64,000 bases of DNA from Hamiltosporidium tvaerminnensis FI-OER-3-3 (Eukaryota > Fungi > Microsporidia): the NCBI GenBank assembly GCA_022605425.2, contig CM061252.1:1-64000 (forward strand). The letters run 5' to 3'. The stretch's first letter is position 1, and each line of letters opens with the position of its first letter. Shown here one piece after another: positions 14,879 through 29,164 of this stretch. The notes under the pieces were generated by a model. The model saw nothing but the letters and a program-made list of their open reading frames with translations, did not search any database and was not told where the DNA came from. The translations under genes and the position numbers were made by a program.

Positions 14879-17730
14879 TATTTTTAAAGTAGGGTTCATC
14901 AATATTGGGGGATTATCTGATAATAAAATTATTAACATAAATAATTTAATTCAAAGACATGAGTTGGACATCCTCGGAGTGGCTGAAACATGGAGAGATA
15001 ATATAACGCCACTCTTAAGAGGATATAAAGTTTTTAACAGTAAGAAATCTGTCCAAGTAAGAGACAGATACTCAAACAAAGAAGGTATAATAGTATTTGG
15101 TAGGGATACGATTGTTAGTGAGGCAATTGACAATATAACAGATGAAGGGGTTTCAATAAAAGTGAATGACGAAATTTTTATTTTTATATATAGACCCCCA
15201 AAAAGTATAGAATTTAACATCGTAAAACTTACATTAAACCAATACCTGCACAAAAGACTATACATTTCAAGAGACTATAACTTAGAACAACACAAGACAC
15301 TTTTACAGCAAATTTTAGATAACCACGCAATGTATGGATTGTCAGAGATCGACATTCTAACAAATACATACAAAGACAATAATAAAGAATCAAAACCTGA
15401 TAAGATATTTACAAACACGATAGTAGATATTAAGACTTCTCAGATTGTGGGATTAAATCACAAACTCTTAATATTAAAACCGATAGAAATACATAAATAA
15501 GAAAACTAAGTATAATATAAGACTCTTGACTAGACCAAAAGTAGTAGCAAATATTACAAATAAAATAGAGATTTTAATTAAGAAGAATGCGAATATTATA
15601 AGAACTCTAAACATCAATGACTGTTGCACAGCTTTACATAATATCATACTTTCTGGTGTATATAGACTCAGAATACGCAAACAAAGTCGTCGAACTTCAA
15701 TCCAGTCTTTCAACACATTAGGAGAGCACGTGAAAGAGCAAGGCACAATAATCCAATCTTTTTTTGAAAGGTTATGTAAAGAAGTAAAGAGATTAACCAA
15801 AAACCTACAGGATACTGATACTCGTGACCTCAAAGTAGAACACATTGGTTTGGAAGCATCACAATTAGAAGCCATTATGAATTTCCATGGTAACGCAATC
15901 CCAAACAGTAGACAGAATTATAATAAAGAATTACTTAATATCTTTGTTTTAGATCGGAAGATAACAAGCTTAGAGGAAACAATAAAATGGATAAAAAGTT
16001 ACCACAATAGTTTATTTAGCAAACACACCATACAGAGAACAAATAAGCTTAACCTGCTAAGTGCCGAAGAGGTTGAGAAATGTATAAAGATATTAAAAGG
16101 TGGCAAAGCGGGTGGTATTAGCGGTATTAAGAATGAATTCCTTAATATTTGTCTGCGCAACTTTATAGTGGAGCTTACGTACATGTTTAACAAGATTATT
16201 ACGGATAAAGAGATTCCTTTGATATGGAAGAAACACATGATACAACCAATACCTAAAGATGATAGCGAGTTTAGACCTATTTCATTGATAGAGAAAACAC
16301 GTAAACTATTCGAAAAACTAATTTTTAGCAAATTTGAGGTAAAGCTGAAAAGACAACAAGCTGGTTTTAGACTGAAGCATTCGACCCTTAACCACGCCTT
16401 AACACTTGACACCAGATTAAGACATGGCGATGTAGAAGGAATCTGTGTAACTTTAGATATCTCCAAAGCCTATGACAGTGTATATCGTAAGAGGTTGTAC
16501 GAGAAACTAATGATAAAGAAGAAGTTTTCAAGAGAAGATACAATTCTAATAGCTGCACTGATCGAGAATAACGAGTACAAGATCAACACATTAATAGAAA
16601 ATAATAATTGGAAAACTGCTGCTCTTGGATTACCCCAAGGAAGCATTTTATCTTCAATTTTATTTAATGTGTTTATTGATGATATCGTGATAAGAATGCC
16701 ATAGCACCTGGTACCATACATAATTATTTACGCAGACGACATTTCATTATTTAGCTTACGGCATAGCACAATGCAATACATGATAGATCAATGTCAATCG
16801 CACGCGGAAGCCAACAGATATAAATTAAACCCAAGGAAATGTTTTTACAATGCTTCAACAGATCACGATTTCTATGTAGATCGTACCAGGTTGGAAAAAC
16901 AAGTCCCTCTGGAATATTTAGGATATTATTTTAACAATAAATGTGCAGGTACCATGAAAAGCCTTAAATTCATAAGGCAAAAAGCCGTTAGAGCGGCAGT
17001 GATTACAAATAAGTTATTAAGAAACACACAATACAGTAATAATAACCCGCAATATTATCAATTAAAGTTAAGAATGTATACTACATTTATACGTTTGCAT
17101 ATAGATTATTATGCCTAGCTGCTCGGGTGTAATAAAACGTTTAATGAAGGCTCTGACAGGATACAAAAAGGCATAATAAAATATCTTAATAAAATTTATT
17201 TCAAAACGCCAACGAAGATCTTATACGCATTATTTCCCTTGGAAAATACAAAGCAAAGAGCAGATAGACTCAGGAATAATGTTGCTTATAAGATCATACA
17301 CACAAGAAAAACACTTTTAAGATGTATATTCAAACCGAATAAATCTAAAAATATTAAAGATTTAAAGAAAAAATATAAGTATATCAAGAAGGAGATTCGG
17401 GGAAATGGATTTAAAGCCAAATTAATAGGTGGCAAAAAGAAAATTTACGCCTTAATTCCCAAATCTTTAACTCTTTCGAGAATCTAAGGCAGTACAATTT
17501 CAAAACGATTTCAACAAGATTAAAAACTTTTTTAGATATTATTAGACTAGAAATAAAAGAGAAAATAAAATTTTTAAGCATAATATAGTCCCCCAACCTA
17601 GCGGAGTTTATATTGGCCTTATTAATCCACAAGATACGAATTGGCAGGGAGCCCGCAAGGGACGTTACAGCTATATTCAAAAAATTTTTACCAGTTAATA
17701 TTTTAAAGCAGATCAGGTTGTGACGATATC
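14874..17730 (+). pseudogene. ORF2 (APE endonuclease-reverse transcriptase) of element 1
   Basis: APE frame 14874-15500, then a frameshift into the RT frame 15526-17487, which is interrupted only by TAG at 16702 and 17116. A C-terminal remnant GREPARD near 17643 matches GREPVKD in element 2. Confidence 0.92.
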
Positions 17731-17863
17731 CATGAAACAAGACAATCTGCAACCTCAAGGGAATTCCATGTGAGGCTTCGTAGAAGTATAAGGGCCAGAT
17801 GAAACTGTAGTAACGGTGTTATTAATGATACCAGGAGGGGGATGTTAACTGTGTGTAAATTCT

Positions 17864-20800
17864 GAAATTTTCAGAACTTAAAAATATTTAAATAAAATTT
17901 TCTTTCCTAACCGACACACAACAACGAACCTGAAGAAACGGGGTTAATCAACAGTCGAGACGATACTGAACCTGAAAATTTCATTTTTTCCTCGAACATT
18001 AATTTTGAAGTATCTAGTAAGCATAAAGGAAGCTATAATGATTAACAAACGAGGTCAGAATATGATGAAACAGAGACAGATGAAGATAACGAAGGGGTTA
18101 CTGCGAATACGATAAACAAAGTCATTTTATAACACGCTGAATATTGGTAATAATAAAGTATACAAAGAAAGAACTCTTTTACCTAAAATACAAAACTTTA
18201 AAACACACAAAAACCACGCAAGAACAGTAACTTGCTAATTGAAAAGTCACACCCTATCCGCACAGATCGTCAAACTCTACGAAAATGCAAAGAATAACTT
18301 TCAAAGCCATGTTAACAGAAGAAATCAACCCACTACACAACGAATTATAAGGAAGAAAAAGACAGGACTATCAAAGCTATAAAATGTGCAAACTGTTATA
18401 GCTAAAATAGCATACCACCTACTTGCTAAAATACCTTACGATATATTAACGCGCCTGGTCTGCAACTACCACTTATACACGCAGAAGGGAGGCATAAGAA
18501 GAGCAAGAATGAGTACGATTGCAGACAGTGAGATACTAGAGGTACCTACAAAGTATGAGGCTAAAGCTAGAAAAAACTTCCATGAGAGACTTTATAACAA
18601 CAACACGATAGCCAACGAAAACACAACTACAAACACGACTAAAATCAATTTCAGGAAAAAAAAAGAGAGTACCTAGCAAGATAACAAACGAGATCCATGA
18701 CCGAGGGAAGCCTGTAAACGAGAATACTCAAATTAGCATGCGACAAATCTCGCTAATAGTAAATGGTAAATCTATCTTCGTCCAAACAAAATATGTCCTC
18801 TCTTATTATACTAATATAGTCGCAAAAAAGATTAACTTATATAAACTAGCCCTTGAAAATATCATTCCGGGCTCAAGCAGACTGATAGTGAACATGGACT
18901 TCTTCAACAATGATATAGTGGAAATTATCAGTAATGAAAATGACGAAGAAGCGCTTTCATATGCATTTGCCAAACTTCCTGCCTGTAAACTAGACAAATC
19001 TCCAGAAATCGACGAAAAAGGCACACTATGGGCTCGAGGATTGATTGAAAGAATGAGAAAAATAAAAGACAGTCAAACAAACACGAACACAAGACTTCGC
19101 CATCTGGCGATTTAAATTATCCACAGCAGTGCAAAAGAACTGCAAGATGTACTAAGAAGCCTTAATATTCTGGCCAAAGATGTTAAGGAAGAATTTGCAC
19201 CCGGATACCAAAAGAATACCCCTTATGATATTTAGAACGGGTATATAAACATAGGTGGCCTATCTACACAAAAAATAACACTAATCAACCAAATACTAAA
19301 TGAAACAAAACTAGACATGTTAGGAATCGCAGAAACATGGCGAGATGAAATAACATGCCTCTGCGAAGACTACAAGATAATAGCAATAAAACCTTCTATA
19401 AAAATACAAAATTAAAATAGTAATAAGGAAGGTATGATTGTCATAGGAAGTAAAGAAATCATCTTCTCAAACATCTATGACATAACAGAATTCGGAATTC
19501 AATAAAAATTAATAGCACGTATTTATTCATTTTTATTTACCGAAACTAATCAGGCAACTTTACAAATATTATTCTAGACAAACTTTACGAACACATTGAC
19601 AACAAGATTATAGTAATAGGTGACTATAATCTAGAACAACATAAAGAAATGGAATATAAATTCTAAACAGAAACATACTTTTCGGGTTAAGTGAGATTAA
19701 CCTTGGAACAATAACTTATAAACATGGTGAAAAACATCATGTCTTTACAAGGTCTTCTCAAATACTACATTATTTACAGAAACTAAAGAAATACCACAAA
19801 TAAATCAAAAATAATAATATGCAAAATTCCAGAAACTATATTACTCAGAACATCTAAGTTCAAAATGAACCTACTATAAGACAAAACTATAGCAGAAAAA
19901 ATAAAAAAAACAAATGCACAAATATACAAATAACCGTAAACTCCTATTGAAAAATCTCGAAATAGATAAATGCTGTGAAATACTACATGACATATTGCTA
20001 AAATCTACAAGAACAACAGATATACCATCGGTGGAGCAGGGGAATCAACACGGTTTAAGACGGTTCGCTCGGAAACCCTCAGGGAAGTATAATCTCCCCA
20101 ACTCTTTTTAACATATTTATCAATGACTTGGTATAATACTCACCGAAACACTTAAGATCGCTATTATTTATGTATTAAGACGATATCACAATCTACGGCA
20201 ACCAAATAAGAACCAAACAAAAACAATCGATCGCTTAGTCAGGCATGCAAACCACAACAACTATTAATTCAATCTCTAAAAATGTTTCTACAGCGCTTTG
20301 AAATATCTTCAAATCTTTATATATGGTACGAGAATAGAGAAACAGAACCCCCTTAAATACCTAGAGTTCTACTTTAATAACCGTAACGCTGACATAAAAC
20401 AGACACTAAAAATATCAAGACAGAGAGCATAAAGAGCCGCTGTTATTACAAACAAATTAATGATAAAGGGTATCTTTAACACCTGCGAAAAACTACATGA
20501 ATTTAAACTAAGACCATATAAAACATATGTTAGACACCACATTGACTACTTCTCACAACTTCTAGGCTGCAACAATACATTTATTTATGAGAGCGATAGG
20601 ATCCAAAAAGGTATTCTAAATACTTTTTTAAGATATACTATAAACTCAAAGTAGCACTATCTATTCCATACTACCCATTTAAAACGTACTTCAAAGATGC
20701 CAAGACTCAGGTTTTGAATTGCACATAAAATACTACAAAAAAAAACACAATAGTACGATATGTTTATAAAAACAACTTGAAAAAAAAAACCATCGAGAGT

Positions 20801-21500
20801 TTGAGACTTACTATGAAACTATAAACAGAAATTACAGTTGTGATGACTTTTTGAATAAATACAAGAAGATACATAAAGAGATTTTGAGGATTAACTTCCA
20901 AACCTTCAGCTGGAACGAAACGTTAAAGCTCTAACTTTAAACAATACAACAGACTGAACTTTAACCAAATTCTTGAAACCAAATACCACTACACAGGCGA
21001 CAAGAACACGTAGAGATATTTATAAAGTATATACAGATAAACATGAACCTACCTACACTTTACCCGATGCTCTATTGGCATAGCTAATGTGAAGACAACA
21101 AGTATCATAAACAAGAACTAAAACTAAAAGGCAGGGAGCCTGTAAAGGACGATAATGCCGATTTTAAACACTTTTGACCATAGCAAGTGTAAAGGGAGTT
21201 TAATGATGTGTGTGAAAGAGAATTTTATGTGCAGCAGTGTAGACGGTGACTGATGGAAGCATGCTTTAGATGCCCAAAACCTGCCTTCTCTTTATGGTTG
21301 TATATCAACTTGGGTGATTGTTATCTGTCTAGAGGAACTCACCTGATCAACCCTAACCCAAAAACATTGATGGAAAGTGTTGACACTAAAGCAAGATGTG
21401 TATCACTTAGACTTGTAAAAGTAGAGAAGTGTGTGGCTAAATGTTTTGGCTATAACTGAGAGTGTATATCGTTATGTAGGACCCTCTATACTCTTGTTTA
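17864..21500 (+). mobile_element. Second non-LTR retrotransposon of a related, divergent family; heavily degraded with an internal RT deletion (element 2)
   Basis: ORF1 homolog at 18738-19235; APE remnants (YINIGG, LDMLGIAETWRD, GDYNLEQH); GNPQGSIISPTLFNIFINDL near 20070-20130; YVRHHIDYFSQLLGCN. The RT N-terminal motifs present in element 1 are missing. Confidence 0.88.
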
Positions 21501-24500
21501 GAAATTTACAATATTAAAGGATCTAAAAGATGTACTAAGTGATTGGTTAACTTAACTCCTGTTATTAGAACGACAATGAGAGAACAGTATTGCTTCATAT
21601 AAGGTGATAGCTAATAACTCAGAAAGTTTTGTTAATTTAAATTTAAATTGAAATTCATCACAAAATACGGCCAAATTATAAAACTGATGTAAATATTGAA
21701 TAAACGAACTGAATAATTGTAAAATTAATTTAATTATTGCGCAAGAATACGTGCCAATAATAAAATTGATGTAAAAATATATATAAGAAACTGATTAATA
21801 CTAAATTAATTTAATTATTACGCCAGAATACTGATTAAATACAAATTTAATTTAAAAAGTTAATTTACTAGCTGATAATTGTTCTTTAGCTGGTTCTAGA
21901 AAGAATCATTCCGAAGATTTTTAAAGTAATCAAATAAATTCATTTTTCCTATGTAATACAATTTAAAAATATCATTATCGTTAAAAGGCGGTATTAAAAT
22001 ATTATATCTATCTATATATTATAAGAATATATTGCTGCACAATTTATTTGAAAATATGGCAATAGTTACACCCGTTATTCAATGTTAAAACGAAAGATAT
22101 TAAATTGTGCTATAAATTTTAAGTTATTGGTCATAAAATAATTTATAAACGAAAAAAAAATGGCTACTAACTGATGTTAAACAAAAAAAAATTTCAAAAT
22201 TGTTTTAAAAATTTCAAATAAGGGTGGTAATCAAGTAATGGTTAAGCAAATATAAAAAAAAATAAACTCATCTAAGAATAGACGGAAAGTTTTTTTTATT
22301 TTCCCATAAGCACTATTTTCTTCATGAAATAAATTATGGATTATTCATTTAATGTGTAGATGTTACATATTTACATTTTTCAAAGAAACTACTTTTATAC
22401 AAATTATGTTTATAATTTATTAAAAAATATAACTTTTTATGTTTTTACTGTTTTTCTCACGGTTAATCAATTGCAGTAAATTGATTTATTTGCGAAACTA
22501 TATGCATGATTGTATCTATTTTCTTTTAAATTATACAAAAAAAAGTAACTATCACTAGATTCTTCAAATCTTTATTTTTAAGAAATATGTTATTTCCATA
22601 ATAAAAGCTTGTGGTTTTTTTGAACAACTTGTTAATTCTTTTCAATTTCGAAATTGAATTAATATTTTGAAGTGATGTTAAGAAGAATTTTGAATTGTGT
22701 GCGATTTTTTTTATATAGTGTTATAATATATTTTTTGGATATTACTATAAATCTCGAATTGGATAATATTTCTGCTATTTTTCTACTTAAAATATTCATG
22801 TTAGTACTAAATTAAATCTATTGTGATATTTGGCTTAAAAAATCGTAAAAAAGTAGTTTAAACATTGAGAAAAATATTATTAAATAATAAATTTTAATGT
22901 TAGATAGCAGAGGAATAATTCAGAAAACCATATTTATAATCAATAATATAACGATCTTTCATTTATTTGATCTTTGTACTCAGACTATAATTATCTTTTA
23001 TATTTACTCAAATTAAAATTGATATTTTTTCATTCATACTATACAGCCTTTCCCGTAATTAATCAATATATTCAAATTAAATTTTTGAATTTGCAATAAT
23101 TTATACTAAATTTTTAATATATTTTTATGATCTTTTTTACTAAGGCGACTCTTGTATATTCCAAAATAATGTGTTAATGTATTCTTAGTATACTTAGCGC
23201 AAGAATATGATAGCTAGGTTTTTCTGTATCTTTTTTAAGGAAGAACTTTAATAATTCTAAAAAGCAATTGTAACTTTTTCGGTTTTAGGTTAAACCCTCT
23301 ATTATTTAATAATACCGATAAATAGCAACAAATTTGATTAGCTTACAAAAATAATTCGTGAAGTATGTTGAAGAACACTTTTATTTGTTTGCTTCTTTTT
23401 CAATCAGGCATAAATCTATGAAAAAATAAAACATTTACCACTGATATAAAACTTTTACTGGAAAATTAGAATTTTTTAAATTTGAAATTTATTTTTATAA
23501 GAATCTATTTTATCAAATGAAGATTCAAATATTTTAAAGACTTAAAAATACTCATTAATTTCCCTAAAAATATTCCCGAAAATATTAGATTGTCTTATGA
23601 GGTAAAAATTTTTGCGTTAATAAAATATTATGACATTATTTGATTAGACATATGTTCCGATTTAATGGCGATAAAAAATTTATTACAAAGAAATTTTCAT
23701 TTAAATTGAATTGATGTTAATTGTATACTGAGTTTGACGAGATTTATCTTACATTTAAATTCTATATATCTTTTGCTAATTTTTTCTTCATTTCTTGGGT
23801 TTTTAAGAGCGAAGAGGTTCATCTTAAAAGTGTTCAGTATATTATTATTAGATGCATAAATTGATGCTTTTGCATTTTTTTAGTACGGGATAACAAGGAA
23901 TCACTATATACTATTGATATTATATGAACTAATTCAAAACGCTCATAAAATAATATAAAAGAAAACTATTTCAATTAAAGTCATTGTTAACTTATATTTT
24001 AAAGTAAGATATGTGATCTTGATGTTTCGAAACGTATTAATTTCAATTATTTCTCAAAGGGATAACTTTTTAGTATCGGATTAATAGATTTATATAGAAA
24101 TTCTCATAAAATAACCAAACAGATGATAGAAATTTAATTTTATGGCTTAACCTACTTGTGTTTGAATGTAAATTTAGAATTCATACTATAAAGATCTGGC
24201 ACATTATTTTTTAAGTTTTTTTATGAATTTTGTAAAGTCGTTTTGAAATTTTTTTTCAATAACTACGATATTATATTTTATATTAATTTAATGGAAAAAC
24301 CGATAGTCTTTTATAGTTATTTAAAAATAAAAGAATTCTAGGTCGATCCTACAATATATATAATTATAGAATATTATATGTTAAAATGCGATTTTAACTG
24401 ATTCTGATTTTTATATAGAGTATAAGAAGTTTAAAAATTCTTTACTTTCGTTTATAATTCGTTTATAAACTATATTTTATATTTTCTTATTAAATATTTG

Positions 24501-27500
24501 TATCTATTAATTAAATAGTTACAAAATAATTGATACATAATATTTTAGTTCTATAACTATCTTGATATAAAAATATACTGCAATTGGTTAAAAGATAACG
24601 TTGAAACATCAAAATATTCATAGCATTATAAAGAACATAAACTTACGATATATGTTCGGAACAAAAATCTAAACCTTTTTATTACATTTAACAAGAATTT
24701 TTAAGATTTTATAACAGCTAATATGAAAAACATAACTATATAAGTTTAAATAAAGAATTTAATACAATTTTATAACATTAAAAAGCTTTCTTGCTTAACA
24801 ATCTATCATATTTTTCCCCAATAATTTCTATTATATTGAGCAAACAGTAGAAATCAAAACTATTTTAGTGCATATTTTTCAAAATTGAGTTATAATAAAT
24901 TACAACCTTAATGCAATAAAGTATCATTTTGCAGATAAATTAATCTATAGTTGAAGGCCTCTTAAAAAATGTAGTCTTGTTATGTTTAGATTTTGAGAAT
25001 CTTTCTCTTTGTTAGATTATATATTGTCTTCTCTCTGATTTTATACTTCTCTAGGATTTTTTATTTAATCTTTACATCTTTAGCTTGCATCATCGTTATT
25101 TTGCAAAAAAAAAAGCTCTCTGTATCCCCCGTTTAGGATTTCAAACTAATTTTTAACGGATTTTCTAATATTTACAACCTTTGATATGCATTAGTATTAA
25201 TCTATCCTTTAAATGTTCGTATGCTTATTAGTTGTTTCTATGGCACGGTTTTTGCTTTTTTAAATATTTGATTCTTTTATATTTTAATATCAATAGATTT
25301 TGATGTTTTATGTATTCTAAATGATTACTATAATATTATAAAAGCTTTTTATGCTCAAGAAATTATATTTAATATTTTTACAAGGCAATATTTGTGTTTT
25401 TAATTTTTGCCAACTATATTATCTGTTCGTTCAATATATACTTAAAGCTTCTTGTGGTATATTTATAGCTCTTAAAGTTCTATATTGGCTTTGTATTATC
25501 TAAAATTAATTTACAATATTTTTTAGTATCAGGTATGATTTTATTTATACATTTTAATGGTTTTAACTGAATCTTCTTTTATTCTGCATGATGTTTTGTG
25601 TCCAAAATTATATTTTTAATGTATTGTTGAATAGTAAAATTTTATATGTCGAAATATCTTTTTTTCTATTTTGAATTTTACATTTAGGAATGATAAAGAA
25701 CTTGTTTTCTTTTTTTATTTCTGCGCTCATATCTTTCCGAAATTATAGATTTTATATAAATACTTTTATATGAAAATAAAATGGGATAGTTTAGAATACT
25801 ATGTTTTTTTTGGTGGTTTAAAATTTTCAAAAAAGAAATATTATTTACAAATCAAATAAAGTTTTTAGAAATCCATGATAAAAGGTATTAATCTTCGTAC
25901 AATAATAATGAACTCTAAATATATAAATAAAATATCATCAGAATATTTTATTTTCTAGATGCTGTTAAATTCTGTCTAGATTTGCAGTTACAATAAAATT
26001 TCTAAATTACTTTTAATTAGTTATATGTTTAAGAATTTAGTGCGACAATTTATTAACTTGAAATCTTAAATTTCCTAAAGCGGTTTCTGAATAAGCAAAA
26101 TAAACTTGTGTAATATTTTAACATAATAGAAACCCATTGGAGAAACGTTGACTATCCTCGTATAAATCTTTAAGTCATAACCACGTACCAGGCTTCCTCC
26201 TTTTTCATATTCATACATTTACACCATTTTGAATCTTGGTTTATTTCTTAGAAAATGAAATAAATGTTTTACAGCTTAGTTGAGTATTTTATTAAAAAAT
26301 CTTGACTTTATAACAACACCTGCTTCATATAATAATCTTGCTTTAAATCTTTTAAATTTTAATAGTTCTTTTCAACTAAGGGAAACTTCATGGAATATAT
26401 AGATTCTGTAAAAATTTAAAACATTTATGCAGAATTCGAGTATGAACTATTATGAATATGTCTCAGTTTATTCAATTAAAACTATGAATAACACTATCTA
26501 TGTTTTTTTCTCAGGATTATACTTTACTCAATTCCCAATCTTTTATGATACTATAAGCCAAAAAATGCTAAAAGATCTTTTAAAATACTATTTTAAGAAT
26601 TCAAATGATGAATTGATTTACCAAAAGTTTACTCAATAGTAAAAAAACAAAAATTCTTAATTTTTTAAATACCTTTAGCTTTATATGAAGATTGAAAAAG
26701 TAGGGAATCTAATTTTTCTGCTAAATATTTTTTTTAATTTTAGTGTCAAATATTGACCAAATTGATATTCTACAATCTTAAATCTCTTTTTCTTTATTCA
26801 ATTTTATTTTGAGTCTAAAATACAAATATTTTGTTCGAGAACGAATCGACCTTATATATTTACACAACGTGAAGTAACCACAATAATAATTTAAAACTCC
26901 AAATATAAACAAATATATTTTCAATATTATTTATACAAACTATTTATCTGAGATTATAATTTCTTTTAAGAGTCGCTTTGAGTGCTTACGAGAGATTCTC
27001 CAAGAACTTTTATGTTTTTTTCTAATATTGTGTCTTTTTTATAGGTTTGTGCTCCGCCAATTTTTTCTGTGCATACTCGAAATGATATTTTATAAATAAT
27101 ATAGGATAGGTCGTTAGAATATATCTAGAAAATTGTAAGAAACAATCTTATATAAGAATGTGCTTTGGAACTTTAAATCAAATCAGTATTTTCGCAATTT
27201 GTGGAACTTCTGAGTTAAGTCTTGCTAATTTGGCTTAAGAACTACTTTGAGAAGGTACAATCTTTCGGTGTAAATATACATAGAACCTCTTTATGCTTAT
27301 TTTGTGAATGCTTATTTATAGAGAATTCTAAAAACACTTGAGCAAGTTTATAAGAAATTTGTGATTGAGAAAATCTTAAATAGAACATTGACTAAAAAGA
27401 ATGCAAAAATAAAAAAAATATAGATGATGCAGATAGATATAATACTCATTTGAACTAAATAAAAAGAGCTAAAATAAAATATTGTTTTAAAAACATTTCG

Positions 27501-29164
27501 TTGTACCCTCTTATATTGGAAATATTTTTTGCCTCTGTACGAATACCATTTTAAAATATTACAATTTTCAATTGCCTGTTTTTCCATTATAATGGTTCGT
27601 GAGTTTTTTTAAGGTTGATAAAACTAAGTAGCATGAATTCTTTTCGCATATAAAAAAAATATTTAGAACGATTAATGCTTAATAGATTTCAGAAGTTTTA
27701 TTTGAATTTTAAGTTATATTACAAGTAGATAAGAAAAAAAGATTATAATGTTAACATTTGGACGTTGAGTCTATAGTAAGAATTTTTGTTTGAGTAGAAC
27801 TAAATTACGCCTTTGTTTTTATAAGGTCAAAGGTCACTCAATAAAGTTTTTGTGAGCTTGTAGAAATTTGAAGTTTACCTTCTAGAGTTTTTATTTTACG
27901 TACAATTTGATTTATTTCGGTGAATAAATTATATCTTAATCTCAAATAATAAAATCCTCTTTTTAACAAGTTTCTGTAATTAAGGCGGAAAAGATTTAGT
28001 GAAAGAAAATTTTATGTTAGGTATCAATTCAGAATCTAAAGATATAATTTACATTGAATAAAATTAGATATGTCTTGTTAATATACATAAATTTTCTTGT
28101 TTAGGTTCGCGTATTTAAATTGAAGATTTGAAATTTCTATTGCTGTTGCTTTAAAATTCATTTAAATGTGTTTCTGAATTAGGTTCGAATGTTGTATCAA
28201 CTATCATCTGATTTAATTGATTTAAAAATTATTTTTTGATTATTTGTCAATAAGCGTTTGTTCTTTTTTTCTAACCTACAAAAAAAATCAAAACGCAAGG
28301 AATTCAGAAAATAAAGAGCTTGAGTAATACAATTGCTTCATCTGAATTGAATGCTTAGGGGTAGAGTATGATTTTTTCAGAATCAATCATATTTAGTTTT
28401 TTTATTTACTAAAGTATTGAAAAAGTAGCTCCGTTAAACAAACTTTAACCTGCATTAAAATTTCTTTAAAGATATACAATGTTTTTCAATCTAACTACTT
28501 ACACCTTGGTATGTAACATATTAAATATTTAAATAACTAAACGAACTATGCTCGAATAATAAAACGTTTAAATTGAACATTATACTGATATTATATCCGT
28601 AAAATGTAACTACAAATTCTAATTTTCAGTTTCTGAATCACGCTTAAATATTTGTGTAAGTTTCTGTTTTTTTATCACACAATTATTCTATAAAAGCTAT
28701 TTCAATCTATATCTTATTATAAAATTAAACGGAATATCTGATTAATTTTAATGGTTCATGTTGGAAATTTAATTAAGAAAACCAAAAAGTATTGATTAGT
28801 ATGTTTTTAAGTCCTAAATAATAACTCTTTTTGTAACTGGTTCTTATTTAAGTTCATTTGAAAAGCTAAAATATTTTTTCATACTTAATAATTTTAAATA
28901 ATTGCTAACGGAATTAAATTTACAAAAATTATTTTTAAGACTTCCGTCCAACAAAACGCTGAGCAAACGGTAAAAAAAAATACACATTTAATGTAAATAT
29001 TTTCATAGTAATTGCATATTGAAAAGATTGATTGTCAATGGATTAATGCTTGCAATATATTGAATTTCTTTTTTAGAAGTTCGTTCTAAGGAGTCAGAAA
29101 AAAATGTTTATTTCAAATTAAAGTTTTTAAAAGATATGAACAGTAAAATATTCTTTTATTTAAA

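Larger units (their letters stand above)
13270..17860 (+). mobile_element. Non-LTR (LINE-type, APE endonuclease + RT) retrotransposon, near full length but inactivated (element 1)
   Basis: ORF1 remnants, then APE motifs (FINIGG, LGVAETW, FIYRPP, RDYN, PDKIF, NHKLL) and RT motifs (KAGGISGI, FRPISL, QAGFR, LDISKAYDSV, GLPQGSILS, YADD at 16729-16740). Boundaries are approximate. Confidence 0.93.

Noticed and set aside
16702-17118. In-frame TAG codons in the RT as stop-codon reassignment or readthrough
   Set aside because: Host genes here (PIS1, importin alpha) end in TAG. The TAG at 17116 aligns with Gln in element 2, consistent with a C-to-T nonsense mutation in a dead copy.
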